NCBI GenBank assembly: GCA_965230905.1
Contig: OZ246396.1
Span: forward strand, 960,001-992,000
DNA: 32,000 bases
Source: Candidatus Saccharimonadota bacterium
GTDB lineage: Bacteria > Patescibacteriota > Gracilibacteria > UBA1369 > 2-02-FULL-48-14
Direction: 5' to 3'
Made by a program: the position numbers and the translations under genes. Positions within the stretch are counted from its first letter, which is position 1; each line of letters begins with the position of its first letter. Shown here in pieces: positions 1-8,406 of this stretch. The notes under the pieces were generated by a model. It was not told the origin of the DNA. It ran no database searches and saw only the letters and a list, made by a program, of their open reading frames with translations.

Positions 1-84
1 AGCGTACGCTCACCAATTGTATGGACAAGTTTACAAAATTTGTTAAATTCACTAAGCTTCAGTCTTAGTATTTACCAACCAGGT

Positions 85-453
85 ATGAAACTTCCAGAAT
101 TCACCTTGCCGATTCTTTTAACAGCTGCTTGCGGGCCGACTCTCAGAGACGAACAAGTTACTAAGGAAGTCCATACTGCCATGGATGAGATTCATGCGAC
201 TCCTACTATTCTTTGTCAAGATGCCGTGGATCGAGTTCATGCCCGCTTGATGGAAGCAGGATTCAAGCCGAATGAGGATCGTTTGAGCAGTGGCGACTAC
301 ACCGTGATTACAGCGATTGGAACGGCTGTTTCCTCTTCGCCGCCCTCTATGGGTGTGCGTTTTTCAGATTACCTCACTGTTACAGCCGAGGATAAGCAAG
401 GGCTGCTTGTTATGGAGACGGCTTCCTGTTCTAAGTATCCGGGCAGGGAATAA
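85..453 (+). CDS. small putative lipoprotein (hypothetical)
   Basis: The track ORF 40..453 begins at a TTG. The first ATG, at 85, gives MKLPEFTLPILLTAAC..., a short hydrophobic N-terminus ending in a lipobox-like L-T-A-A-C. No family recognised. Confidence 0.5.
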   Translation: MKLPEFTLPILLTAACGPTLRDEQVTKEVHTAMDEIHATPTILCQDAVDRVHARLMEAGFKPNEDRLSSGDYTVITAIGTAVSSSPPSMGVRFSDYLTVTAEDKQGLLVMETASCSKYPGRE

Positions 454-464
454 TTATTTTCCTC

Positions 465-493
465 TTGCCATCCTCAGTTTGGGTCGCTAAAAT
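465..493 (+). promoter_or_regulatory. sigma70-like promoter candidate for rplY
   Basis: TTGCCA (465-470), 17-nt spacer, TAAAAT (488-493), about 20 nt upstream of the ATG at 514. Confidence 0.35.
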
Positions 494-513
494 CCCTCCG
501 CATCTTAAAAATT

Positions 514-1170
514 ATGGATAAAGTATCTTTCACCGCACAAGCTCGAGACAAATCTGTTAAAGCGAAGACTATTCGCAAGATGAATTTGATTCCTGCCGAA
601 TACTACGGCCATGGAGTTGAAAACATCAGCTTACAGATGGATTACCAAAGCTTCCGAAAATTATATAAGAAATCTGGTTCAAACACCGTGATTGATCTTG
701 AAATTGAAGGAAAAGGTGTTAAAAACGTGTTGATTCACCGTGTGGACACCCACACCGTTACCGATCTCTACACTCACGTGGAATTTATCAACGTGCGTAT
801 GGATGAAGAAGTGAGCACCACCATCCCAGTTCGCTTGGAAGGTACCGCTCCTGCCGTTAAGGATTTGGGTGGAATTTTGATTCAAAACTTGGATGGTATC
901 GAAGTGACTTGTTTGCCTCGAGACCTGGTTGCTGAAATTGTGGTGAACGTAGAAACTTTGGTGGACTTCAATAGCTCTATCACGGTGGCTGACCTCAAGA
1001 TTCCTAAGGGTATTACTGTGGCCAACGAGCCAGAAGCTTCTGTTGCTTACGTGACTCAACCTCAGGAAGAAGAAGTGGCAACTACTGAAACCGCTGTGGT
1101 GGACGTAGCATCTGTGGAAGTACCTGGAGAGAAGAAGGAAGGCGAAGAAGGTGAGGCGAAGGCAGATTAA
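514..1170 (+). CDS. rplY: 50S ribosomal protein L25 / general stress protein Ctc (long form)
   Basis: 218 aa. The N-terminus (RDKSVKAKTIRKMNLIPAEYYGHG) and the two-domain layout are typical of the L25/Ctc family. It has an acidic, Lys-rich C-terminal tail. Confidence 0.9.
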   Translation: MDKVSFTAQARDKSVKAKTIRKMNLIPAEYYGHGVENISLQMDYQSFRKLYKKSGSNTVIDLEIEGKGVKNVLIHRVDTHTVTDLYTHVEFINVRMDEEVSTTIPVRLEGTAPAVKDLGGILIQNLDGIEVTCLPRDLVAEIVVNVETLVDFNSSITVADLKIPKGITVANEPEASVAYVTQPQEEEVATTETAVVDVASVEVPGEKKEGEEGEAKAD

Positions 1171-1183
1171 TTTGAAATTTAAA

Positions 1184-1212
1184 GAGAGCCTCGTAACTGG
1201 GGCTCTTTTTTG
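1184..1212 (+). terminator. Rho-independent terminator after rplY
   Basis: Stem AGAGCC (1185-1190) pairs with GGCTCT (1201-1206) around a 10-nt loop, followed by a T-run at 1206-1211. Confidence 0.6.
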
Positions 1213-1263
1213 TACTCAGCGAGTGAGCTTGTCAAAATATTAAAAAATGTTACCATAGCTCCT

Positions 1264-2130
1264 ATGGACAGATCACATATTGGGCCATTCTCAGTAGGAA
1301 GTAGCAAAGAATTCTTGGTTGGTACTCCTACCCAAGAATATCCTGAAGGATATGGACTTCATCTAGAACTTGAATCTGGCGCTGATATCCGTAAGTTGAT
1401 TAGGCGTTACAAAAGTCTACTGAGTCAACTAACAGAAGAAGTGGGGGTGCTTAAGATTACTGCCGCTTCAGGTGATTTTAATATGAGAGAGGCTCTGAAA
1501 GGTGTGCCTTTGAAGACTAAAACTAGACGCTCTTTGCCCTTGCACGTTGATCTTGTTGGTTCAGTGGATCCAGAAGAACAACAGAAATATTTGTATTCAA
1601 CAGCTTTTTTCCCAGAGTACTGGTCCGATGGAGTGCAGGTTTTTTGGCAAAACGCTACTCCACGAGGACGAAATGCTTCTACTGTTTGGGTTCCTTCCAG
1701 TGTGGGTGCAGACGCTACTTTAGAGGTGCTCACTACGCCTAGCTCTGGATTGGTGGAGTCAGGTTTAGTAAAAGAGGAAGAGCTTGAACTGTGGAATAAA
1801 ATGAGGGAACTTATATTAAAAGCTATTGGACTGGTAGGCCCTAGCCCAGCGGCTCAGGTGATGGTTTTGAAAGATTTTTTCAATCTCCTTTTTACCCTGA
1901 AGTTGGATTCACGTAGAGCTACGATGTTGAATATATATGATAGGGTTATTGAACATGTGCTGGATCAGGTGAAGCCGTGGAGTCTGGAGATGGACTGGTC
2001 TACTGAGGAAGCGACTCAAGGTCTAGTTTGCTATTCGGATGCTGGTAAAAAAGGGCTTGAGAAAAAATTGCTCCATACCCGCAGAAATAGAGGAAAGCCA
2101 ATGGGAAGAGCTACTGTAAAAGGTCGCTGA
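1264..2130 (+). CDS. hypothetical protein, possibly a divergent TauD/TfdA-like Fe(II)/2-oxoglutarate dioxygenase
   Basis: The track start at 1210 lies inside the rplY terminator, so I use the first ATG at 1264. The protein has an H-x-D triad (LPLHVD) and a C-terminal LLHTRRNRGKPMGRATVKG. That tail resembles the TauD C-terminus as I recall it (H...[11 protein letters not shown]). The functional call is weak. Confidence 0.5.
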   Translation: MDRSHIGPFSVGSSKEFLVGTPTQEYPEGYGLHLELESGADIRKLIRRYKSLLSQLTEEVGVLKITAASGDFNMREALKGVPLKTKTRRSLPLHVDLVGSVDPEEQQKYLYSTAFFPEYWSDGVQVFWQNATPRGRNASTVWVPSSVGADATLEVLTTPSSGLVESGLVKEEELELWNKMRELILKAIGLVGPSPAAQVMVLKDFFNLLFTLKLDSRRATMLNIYDRVIEHVLDQVKPWSLEMDWSTEEATQGLVCYSDAGKKGLEKKLLHTRRNRGKPMGRATVKGR

Positions 2131-2350
2131 GCAGTCGCTGCATGGTTTGAATTTCCCCGGTGCGGGCGGTTTCAGAATCTTCCAGTTTTAAGTTGAAGCT
2201 GCTGCCGATGGCGAGTGCGGGTGGTAGGAGAATTTTTGGAAAACGGACTTGTTCCAGTGCGGCGCCTTTGCGGATTTCAAGCACGGCCAGCTCCCCTTCA
2301 TCGAAAAGGTAGGTGGCGGTGAATTGATGTTGAAAAGGATTCCAAAGCAT
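2111..2350 (-). CDS. DUF3006-like small protein
   Basis: 79 aa. The pattern FDEGELAVLE...FPKILLPPALAIGSSFNLKLEDSE matches the DUF3006 pattern (RFEGDxAVLE...P..LLPEGAKEGD). It overlaps the convergent upstream gene by 20 nt. Confidence 0.5.
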   Translation of the reverse strand: MLWNPFQHQFTATYLFDEGELAVLEIRKGAALEQVRFPKILLPPALAIGSSFNLKLEDSETARTGEIQTMQRLLSDLLQ

Positions 2351-2410
2351 GCGGGCGGCGTAGTAAATGGCGAAGGACTCAGTCTAGCAAAACGCGCGTG
2401 CAATGTGCAT

Positions 2411-2450
2411 ACAAAAAGGTGCCAACGGCGGAGTTCGCGTTGACACCTTT
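2411..2450 (-). terminator. Rho-independent terminator after hppA
   Basis: Arms 2415-2427 and 2438-2450 pair. The single mismatch (C2422/A2443 on the plus strand) becomes a G-U pair only on the minus strand. The minus-strand U-run corresponds to plus AAAAA at 2413-2417. Confidence 0.6.
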
Positions 2451-2469
2451 GAACTAAGTAGCGAAAGAA

Positions 2470-4527
2470 TTACAAAAGTGAATTCACAGCAATCACTGGC
2501 GCAATGATGAGCGCAATGGTGTTGATCACTTTGATCAGGGCATTGAGAGCAGGTCCGGCGGTGTCTTTGTAAGGATCGCCCACGGTGTCTCCCACCACGG
2601 CAGCCTTATGAGCATCGGAACCTTTTCCTCCGCTGTTTCCGTCTTCTACGTATTTTTTAGCGTTGTCCCAAGCGCCTCCGGCGTTGCTCATGTTAATAGC
2701 CATGAGAAGTCCGGTCACAATCACTCCAGCCAAAAGTCCTCCGAGAGCCAGAGGGCCTAGGATGAACCCAACGAGCACGGGAGCGGAGATTGCCAAGATA
2801 CCTGGGAAAATCATTTCCTTGAGGGCGGCCTTGGTTACGATGTCCACACAAGTGTTGTATTCAGGACGAGCTTTTCCTTCCATGATTCCTTTGATTTCAC
2901 GGAATTGACGGCGAACTTCTTCCACCACGCTGAAGGCCGCTTTTCCAACGGCTTGCATGAGGAAGGCAGAGAACAAGAATGGCAGAGCTCCTCCGATGAA
3001 GAGTCCGATCATTACACGGTAATCGGTGAGGTCGAAGATGAATTCAGTTCCGCTGTTTTTGAAGAGTTCTTCTCCGTAGGCCTGGAAGAGCACGAGCGCA
3101 GCGAGTGCGGCAGAAGCGATGGCGTAACCCTTGGTCACGGCCTTGGTTGTGTTTCCTACTGCATCGAGTGCATCGGTGTGAACACGAACTTCTTTTGGAA
3201 GCTCAGCCATTTCAGCAATTCCTCCGGCGTTGTCGGTGATAGGTCCATAGGAGTCCATGGCAATAACCATACCTGTAGTTGAAAGCATAGCCACGGCTGC
3301 GATTGCGATTCCGTAGATACCACTATCGAGGGTAGAAGTGTCTCCGAGCCAGTAAGCGGTGAACATAGCCACCACAATGAGGATGGTCATAGGGAAGGTG
3401 GAGAACATACCTTGAGCCAAACCTGCAATGAGGTTGGTTCCGGCTCCGGTCTCAGCTGCCTTAGCGATCATCTTCACAGGAGCGTAGTCCTTAGAAGTGT
3501 AGTACTCGGTTGCGATGTTAATGAGAAGTGTGAGTACGAGACCAACGATTCCTGCAAAGAAGAAGTTGATGTCGTTGAGCATGTGGTCCGTAATGAAGTA
3601 GAACCCAACGGCTGCGATGATCCCAGTTACAAAAGTTCCACGGTAGAGCGCGCCCATGATGTTCTTTTTGTCTTCGCCCAAACGAACGAAGTAAATTCCA
3701 ATAATGGTTGCGAGTACGGCCACGGCTCCAAGTGCAAGCGGATATTCCACACCAACTGCACCAATCTTAGTGGTGAGGGTAGAAGAAGCCAAAATCATAG
3801 CGGCGATCAAGGTTACGGCATAAGTTTCAAATAAATCGGCTCCCATTCCGGCGCAGTCTCCTACGTTGTCTCCCACGTTGTCGGCAATGGTTGCAGGGTT
3901 ACGTGGATCGTCTTCTGGAATTCCTTTTTCAATTTTTCCTACGAGGTCGGCTCCCACGTCGGCAGCCTTGGTGAAAATTCCTCCACCCACACGGGCGAAG
4001 AGAGAAATCAAAGAGGCTCCAAATCCAAATCCAATCAAAAGTCCCGGTGCTTCGTCCACGCCCATTCCAAAGTAAGTGGTGAAGAGCCAGTAGAATCCGG
4101 CCACTCCGAGCAGCGCGAGGCTCACTACAGAAAGTCCGGTCACGGCGCCTCCACGGAACGCTACCAAGAATGCAGGTGCGAGACCTTCTTTAGCGGCAGC
4201 AGCGGTGCGCACGTTGGCACGAACCGAAACTCCCATTCCGATGTATCCGGCCAAAGCGGAGAAAACCGCTCCAACCAAGAAGCCCATAGCTACCAGGAAT
4301 CCGTTTTCAGGAAGCCCGAAGCCCATGGCCAAAAAGATCAAGATCGTAAAAACCGCCAAGGTTTTGTACTGGCGGTTGAGGTAAGCCATGGCGCCTTCTC
4401 GAATAGATTCGGCGATTTGCTGCATTTTTACGTTTCCATCGTTTTTGGATAGAACGCTAATAATGAGGCCAATGGCCCAACCCAAGGCGAGTACGCTGGC
4501 CAGGATCGCGAGTATGGGGATACTCAT
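2470..4527 (-). CDS. hppA: membrane-bound H+-translocating pyrophosphatase, K+-independent type
   Basis: 685 aa and polytopic. It carries the diagnostic motifs [27 protein letters not shown] and [17 protein letters not shown]. The motif [13 protein letters not shown] has Lys rather than Ala, which marks the K+-independent subfamily. Confidence 0.95.
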   Translation of the reverse strand: MSIPILAILASVLALGWAIGLIISVLSKNDGNVKMQQIAESIREGAMAYLNRQYKTLAVFTILIFLAMGFGLPENGFLVAMGFLVGAVFSALAGYIGMGVSVRANVRTAAAAKEGLAPAFLVAFRGGAVTGLSVVSLALLGVAGFYWLFTTYFGMGVDEAPGLLIGFGFGASLISLFARVGGGIFTKAADVGADLVGKIEKGIPEDDPRNPATIADNVGDNVGDCAGMGADLFETYAVTLIAAMILASSTLTTKIGAVGVEYPLALGAVAVLATIIGIYFVRLGEDKKNIMGALYRGTFVTGIIAAVGFYFITDHMLNDINFFFAGIVGLVLTLLINIATEYYTSKDYAPVKMIAKAAETGAGTNLIAGLAQGMFSTFPMTILIVVAMFTAYWLGDTSTLDSGIYGIAIAAVAMLSTTGMVIAMDSYGPITDNAGGIAEMAELPKEVRVHTDALDAVGNTTKAVTKGYAIASAALAALVLFQAYGEELFKNSGTEFIFDLTDYRVMIGLFIGGALPFLFSAFLMQAVGKAAFSVVEEVRRQFREIKGIMEGKARPEYNTCVDIVTKAALKEMIFPGILAISAPVLVGFILGPLALGGLLAGVIVTGLLMAINMSNAGGAWDNAKKYVEDGNSGGKGSDAHKAAVVGDTVGDPYKDTAGPALNALIKVINTIALIIAPVIAVNSLL

Positions 4528-4602
4528 AAGAAAGATAGGTTAAGAATGACTGGCGGAATTTTACACAGTCTTGATATAGTAAGTCCAATCTAATTTACAC
4601 CT

Positions 4603-5112
4603 ATGGATTTCCAGAAATCGCTCAAACAAGCTTGGGACATTTTGCTTCTTAAGGAGCCAGCCATGCACAGCGTGGCGAAAGATCCTGAGGCTTTGAGCCC
4701 TGCGTTGCTTATTTTGGGTTTGGCGAGCATCTGTGCCGCTTTGGGTGGCATGTTCTTCCCATCTGTTATGGGCTTGGTGATTTATCGATCTGATTTTAGC
4801 GATGTGGTGGTGGAAGTAGTTCTCTCTATTGTTCTGGGAATTGGAAGTCTCTATATGATAGGTTATGTTGCTGAGCAGGGATTCCATTCAAAACTTGATA
4901 TGAATGGTTATGTGCGTGTAATGGGGCACGGCACCTTGGTATATGTTTTGAGTATTCTACTAGTCTTGACCCCTGTTTCTTTGATTTGGGAACTGGTGAT
5001 TATGTGCACGGTACTTCATAAATTGGGAAAACTGGAGGCCGGCCCTATAGTTTTATTGATTTTGATCGAAATCTTGATGGTTGGGAGCATTGTCCTGCTA
5101 ATGCCAATATGA
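4603..5112 (+). CDS. Yip1-domain-like integral membrane protein
   Basis: 169 aa with about 5 hydrophobic segments. The short soluble N-terminus (SLKQAWDILLLKEPAMHSV) followed by TM helices is typical of bacterial YIP1-family proteins. Assigned by pattern only. Confidence 0.55.
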   Translation: MDFQKSLKQAWDILLLKEPAMHSVAKDPEALSPALLILGLASICAALGGMFFPSVMGLVIYRSDFSDVVVEVVLSIVLGIGSLYMIGYVAEQGFHSKLDMNGYVRVMGHGTLVYVLSILLVLTPVSLIWELVIMCTVLHKLGKLEAGPIVLLILIEILMVGSIVLLMPI

Positions 5113-5140
5113 TCCTAACCTGTTCAGCAGGCTGAATTTG

Positions 5141-5149
5141 TGTTATAAT
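5141..5149 (+). promoter_or_regulatory. extended -10 promoter candidate (TGtTATAAT)
   Basis: TG at 5141-5142 and a consensus TATAAT at 5144-5149, then AGAGGA (5151-5156) and the ATG at 5169. A weak hairpin TTCAGC/GCTGAA (5122-5135) lies just upstream. Confidence 0.4.
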
Positions 5150-5168
5150 AAGAGGAATTCTTTTAATT

Positions 5169-6269
5169 ATGGCTGAAGACGGCAAAAATCCCAATACGCC
5201 AGGAATGCCCGAAGAACCTGTAAAACAGGTGGATACTGGTTTTGAGGAGAGTTTGGAAACCGACTCCGATTCTCGAACGGTGCTGGAGGAAATTGAGCAA
5301 CCCGGTAGTTTGGAAGTGGAGGACATGCCCGAGAGCAATGAACTCCAGGAGCGTCGCCGTAAGGTTAAAAACCGCCTTCAGGAACTTTCTAATATAGGTG
5401 GGGAAATGCCTAGCAGTGATGAGGATGTTTTTGACGAGGAGGAATCCGGGCTTATGGACCTTTTACGTGAAGCTAATCTGTCGCCTCGGCATCTCAAATT
5501 CTGTTGCAGTGGAATTTTAGTGGTTTTGCTTTTGGTGGGATTCGTTTTTGGAGGAAAGGCTGCTCTCAATTGGTGGCAAGAACGTCCTGACGAAGAAACG
5601 CCGGTGGAAGAACCCGATGAACCGGTGGAAACTCCAGCCGACGACGACTATTCCTTCTTGGATCCTTCAGTTTTGGGAGGCATTTTAGTGGGTGAGGACT
5701 CTGGTGAGGAAGATCCCGCTACGGGTGTTGGAGAGGATTTGGGAGACAACAGCGACAGCGGAGACAGTTTCAGTGATCAGATCAATGACTTTGCTAAGAT
5801 TTTTGAAAGCCTTCAGGTGGATGTGAATGAACTCCTCAACCAGAGCAACAATCGTTTGAGCACGCTGCGGGACTATGAAGGCGAATTGAATTATCATTTG
5901 TTCCTAGCCGTCCAGAATCTGGAAACCTTGCAGGCGGAAAGCAATGGTTTGGCGGAAAAATTTGCCGCCGTGGAGGAAGATAAAGAGCGTTTGGAACTCA
6001 ACTTTTTCGAGAGACTTCAGGATTTGGATGCGCCCGCTGTGAATGGGGCACTGAATGCTTTTGTGGAAGCGGGGCAGGACATCGTTCGGCTGCGGGCTGA
6101 ATTCAATGCTCGCCAAAAGCTCATCAGTTACTATGAACAAGCCGTGGTGGCTTTGGAACTCCGCATCGCCGATATTGGCTTCAATGAAGAGGCCTTGGTG
6201 AAAGGCGTGCGCGTGGTGGATTTGGAAGGATCAACACTTGATCTTATCATTCAAGGAGAAGACCTGTAG
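5169..6269 (+). CDS. acidic single-pass membrane protein (hypothetical)
   Basis: 366 aa with a D/E/S-rich low-complexity N-terminus and one TM segment (CCSGILVVLLLVGFVFGG). The C-terminal part is acidic and then helical. No family recognised. Confidence 0.7.
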   Translation: MAEDGKNPNTPGMPEEPVKQVDTGFEESLETDSDSRTVLEEIEQPGSLEVEDMPESNELQERRRKVKNRLQELSNIGGEMPSSDEDVFDEEESGLMDLLREANLSPRHLKFCCSGILVVLLLVGFVFGGKAALNWWQERPDEETPVEEPDEPVETPADDDYSFLDPSVLGGILVGEDSGEEDPATGVGEDLGDNSDSGDSFSDQINDFAKIFESLQVDVNELLNQSNNRLSTLRDYEGELNYHLFLAVQNLETLQAESNGLAEKFAAVEEDKERLELNFFERLQDLDAPAVNGALNAFVEAGQDIVRLRAEFNARQKLISYYEQAVVALELRIADIGFNEEALVKGVRVVDLEGSTLDLIIQGEDL

Positions 6270-6270
6270 A

Positions 6271-8406
6271 GTGATCGGTATGGTTTATACCGTTTTAAGA
6301 AACGAAGTTTTAAAGCTCCGGCCCGATCTCGACATCCAGCTCCTCGACGAAACCTTTCAGTTCGCCGAGAAAGCTCACGAAGGTCAGACGCGGTATTCCG
6401 GCGAGCCTTATATTGTACATCCGGTTGAAGTTGCGCGGATTTTGCTGACGCTCAACCCGGATATGGCGGCCATGCAGGCGGCGCTTTTACACGACGTAAC
6501 GGAGGACACGCCTGTGCCGCTTTCTGAAATCGAGGCGAGGTTTGGTGCGGAGGTGGCGAGTTTGGTGGAGGGCATGGAAAAGCTGGCGGTGGTGAAGATG
6601 CGAACGGATGATCCTCAGGAGGAAAAGTGGAAGAAAATGTTTTTGGCCATGGCCAAAGATGTGCGGATTGTGTTTATAAAATTGTCGGATCGGCTGCACA
6701 ACATGCGCACGCTTTATCATGTGCCGGAGCACAAGCGCATTCGGATTGCGCGGGAGACGCTGGGGGTGCACGCGGCTATTGCGTCGCGGCTGGGTATCTA
6801 CCAAATCAAGAGCGACTTGGAGGATTTGTGTTTTCAGTATTTGTACCCCGAGGACTACAAGGAATTTTCCGACATGCTCGCCTCGTACCGCGAGCGCAGT
6901 CAAGATTATATGGAGTTTGCGACCTCGCAGGTGGAGCAGCTTTTGGTGCGTGAGGGCGTGAAAGTGGTGGAAGTGCAGGGCCGCATGAAGCATCTGTGGA
7001 GCATTTATCAAAAACTCCAAAAAAAGGACGTACGTAACCTGGATGAAATTTATGATTTGTTCGCGGTGCGGGTGATTTTGCCGGATGCGTTTAATGGGGA
7101 AAAGGAGGATTTTTCGCAGCTCTATTCGGTGCTGGGACTTTTGCATGGGGAGTATTTGCCGATGCAGGAACGCTTTAAGGATTATGTGGCCGTGCCCAAG
7201 CCCAACGGTTACCGCAGCTTGCACACCACGGTGCTGGGGCTGGGGGGCGAATTGTATGACGAACCGACGGAAGTGCAGATCCGCACACTTGGTATGCACC
7301 GCGAGGCGGAGATTGGTATCGCGTCGCACTGGACTTACAAACAGGCTAAGCAGGCCAAGAAGCCGGGCAATGCCAAGGTCCAAAAAGCTTTAAAGGAGGC
7401 GCTGCAAAAAATACATGAGCTTTTGGAAAAAATGCCTGAGCTGGAGGCGGATCTTAAAAAATGGTTGGAGCAGTTTCAGTTTATGGATGTGCCAGAACGG
7501 AAGCGAGTGGAAGCTTTACTTTTGGAAAATGGAATTGAGAAAAAGTATTTGGATGCTATTCGCCAGGGGCGAAGTTTGCAGTCGCTTTCTTTGCAGCCAA
7601 ACATTGATGAACAGTTGGCGTGGCTGCGTGGCTTGGCGAATCCAAGTTCCAAATCTGAAATCAACCTGTATCCGGACAAAATTTTTGTTCTTACGCCGAA
7701 GGAGAAAGTGATCGAGCTGCCCATGGGTGCGAATCCCATTGATTTTGCCTTTGCCGTGCACACCGAGGTGGGTAATAAAATGGTGAACGCCAAGGTGAAT
7801 GGAAAAATTGTGCCCTTTGATTATGAACTGCAAAATGGGGAAGTGGTGGACATTGTGACCCGCAGCAACGCCAAGCCCAATCGGTACTGGCTCTCCATTG
7901 CTAAGACCTCTTCGGCGCGCAGCAAGATTAAAAACTGGTTCAATAAACAGGATAAAGACGGCAACGTGGCCGCGGGTCGTGAAATGGTGAATAAGGAACT
8001 GCATGCTTTGGGCAAAGCCTTACTCGACGACAAGTTCATTCTTTTAAAGGACTATGCGGGGAAGACGCGCAGCATGCCTGAACGCGAGCAACTTTTGGAA
8101 AATGTGGGTCTGGGGAACGTGACTCCTTTTCACTTGGTGAAAATTTTGTTCCCGGACGAAACGGCGCAGGAAAAGAAAAAAGGCGAAATCATTATTCCAG
8201 CCGAATACACGGAAGAAGTGCTGGTTACCGGTGAAGCCGATTTACCGGTGGTGCTCAGCGCGTGCTGCAAACCTCGACCGCCGCACGCCATTGTTGGGTA
8301 CGTGACGCGAGGTCAGCACATCCGCATCCACAAAAAATCGTGCCGAGAACTCCATGGTTTGGAGGAGGCACGATTGATGGATTCACATTGGAAAACGAAG
8401 CGTTAA
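6271..8406 (+). CDS. rel: bifunctional (p)ppGpp synthetase/hydrolase, Rel/SpoT homologue (no ACT/RRM domain)
   Basis: HD hydrolase motifs (HPVEVARIL...LLHDVTEDT), synthetase motifs (GYRSLHTTV, EVQIRT, HWTYK), a TGS domain (IFVLTPKEKVIELPMGANPIDFAFAVHTEVG) and a Cys-rich zinc-finger domain (LSACCKPRPPHAIVGYVTRGQHIRIHKKSC). The start is GTG 6271 or ATG 6280. The track start at 6238 overlaps the upstream gene. Confidence 0.9.
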   Translation: MIGMVYTVLRNEVLKLRPDLDIQLLDETFQFAEKAHEGQTRYSGEPYIVHPVEVARILLTLNPDMAAMQAALLHDVTEDTPVPLSEIEARFGAEVASLVEGMEKLAVVKMRTDDPQEEKWKKMFLAMAKDVRIVFIKLSDRLHNMRTLYHVPEHKRIRIARETLGVHAAIASRLGIYQIKSDLEDLCFQYLYPEDYKEFSDMLASYRERSQDYMEFATSQVEQLLVREGVKVVEVQGRMKHLWSIYQKLQKKDVRNLDEIYDLFAVRVILPDAFNGEKEDFSQLYSVLGLLHGEYLPMQERFKDYVAVPKPNGYRSLHTTVLGLGGELYDEPTEVQIRTLGMHREAEIGIASHWTYKQAKQAKKPGNAKVQKALKEALQKIHELLEKMPELEADLKKWLEQFQFMDVPERKRVEALLLENGIEKKYLDAIRQGRSLQSLSLQPNIDEQLAWLRGLANPSSKSEINLYPDKIFVLTPKEKVIELPMGANPIDFAFAVHTEVGNKMVNAKVNGKIVPFDYELQNGEVVDIVTRSNAKPNRYWLSIAKTSSARSKIKNWFNKQDKDGNVAAGREMVNKELHALGKALLDDKFILLKDYAGKTRSMPEREQLLENVGLGNVTPFHLVKILFPDETAQEKKKGEIIIPAEYTEEVLVTGEADLPVVLSACCKPRPPHAIVGYVTRGQHIRIHKKSCRELHGLEEARLMDSHWKTKR

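Noticed and set aside
2188-2443. ORFs 2188..2403 (-) and 2249..2443 (+) overlapping the DUF3006-like ORF and the hppA terminator
   Set aside because: Only the 2111..2350 frame gives a recognisable family pattern. The others run through the terminator hairpin and have a P/S/A-rich or R-rich composition.
4561-4887. 108-aa minus-strand ORF overlapping the Yip1-like gene and the promoter region
   Set aside because: It overlaps a coherent membrane-protein frame on the plus strand. The translation is H/N/Q/R-rich and it would begin inside another gene.
6487-7383. 298-aa minus-strand ORF antisense to rel, plus the smaller ORFs at 6627..6953, 6719..6961, 7085..7393, 7415..7711, 7476..7793, 7516..8004 and 7821..8039
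   Set aside because: These ORFs lie entirely inside the well-supported rel gene. Their R/H/L-rich, low-complexity translations are typical of shadow frames, and no motif is present.
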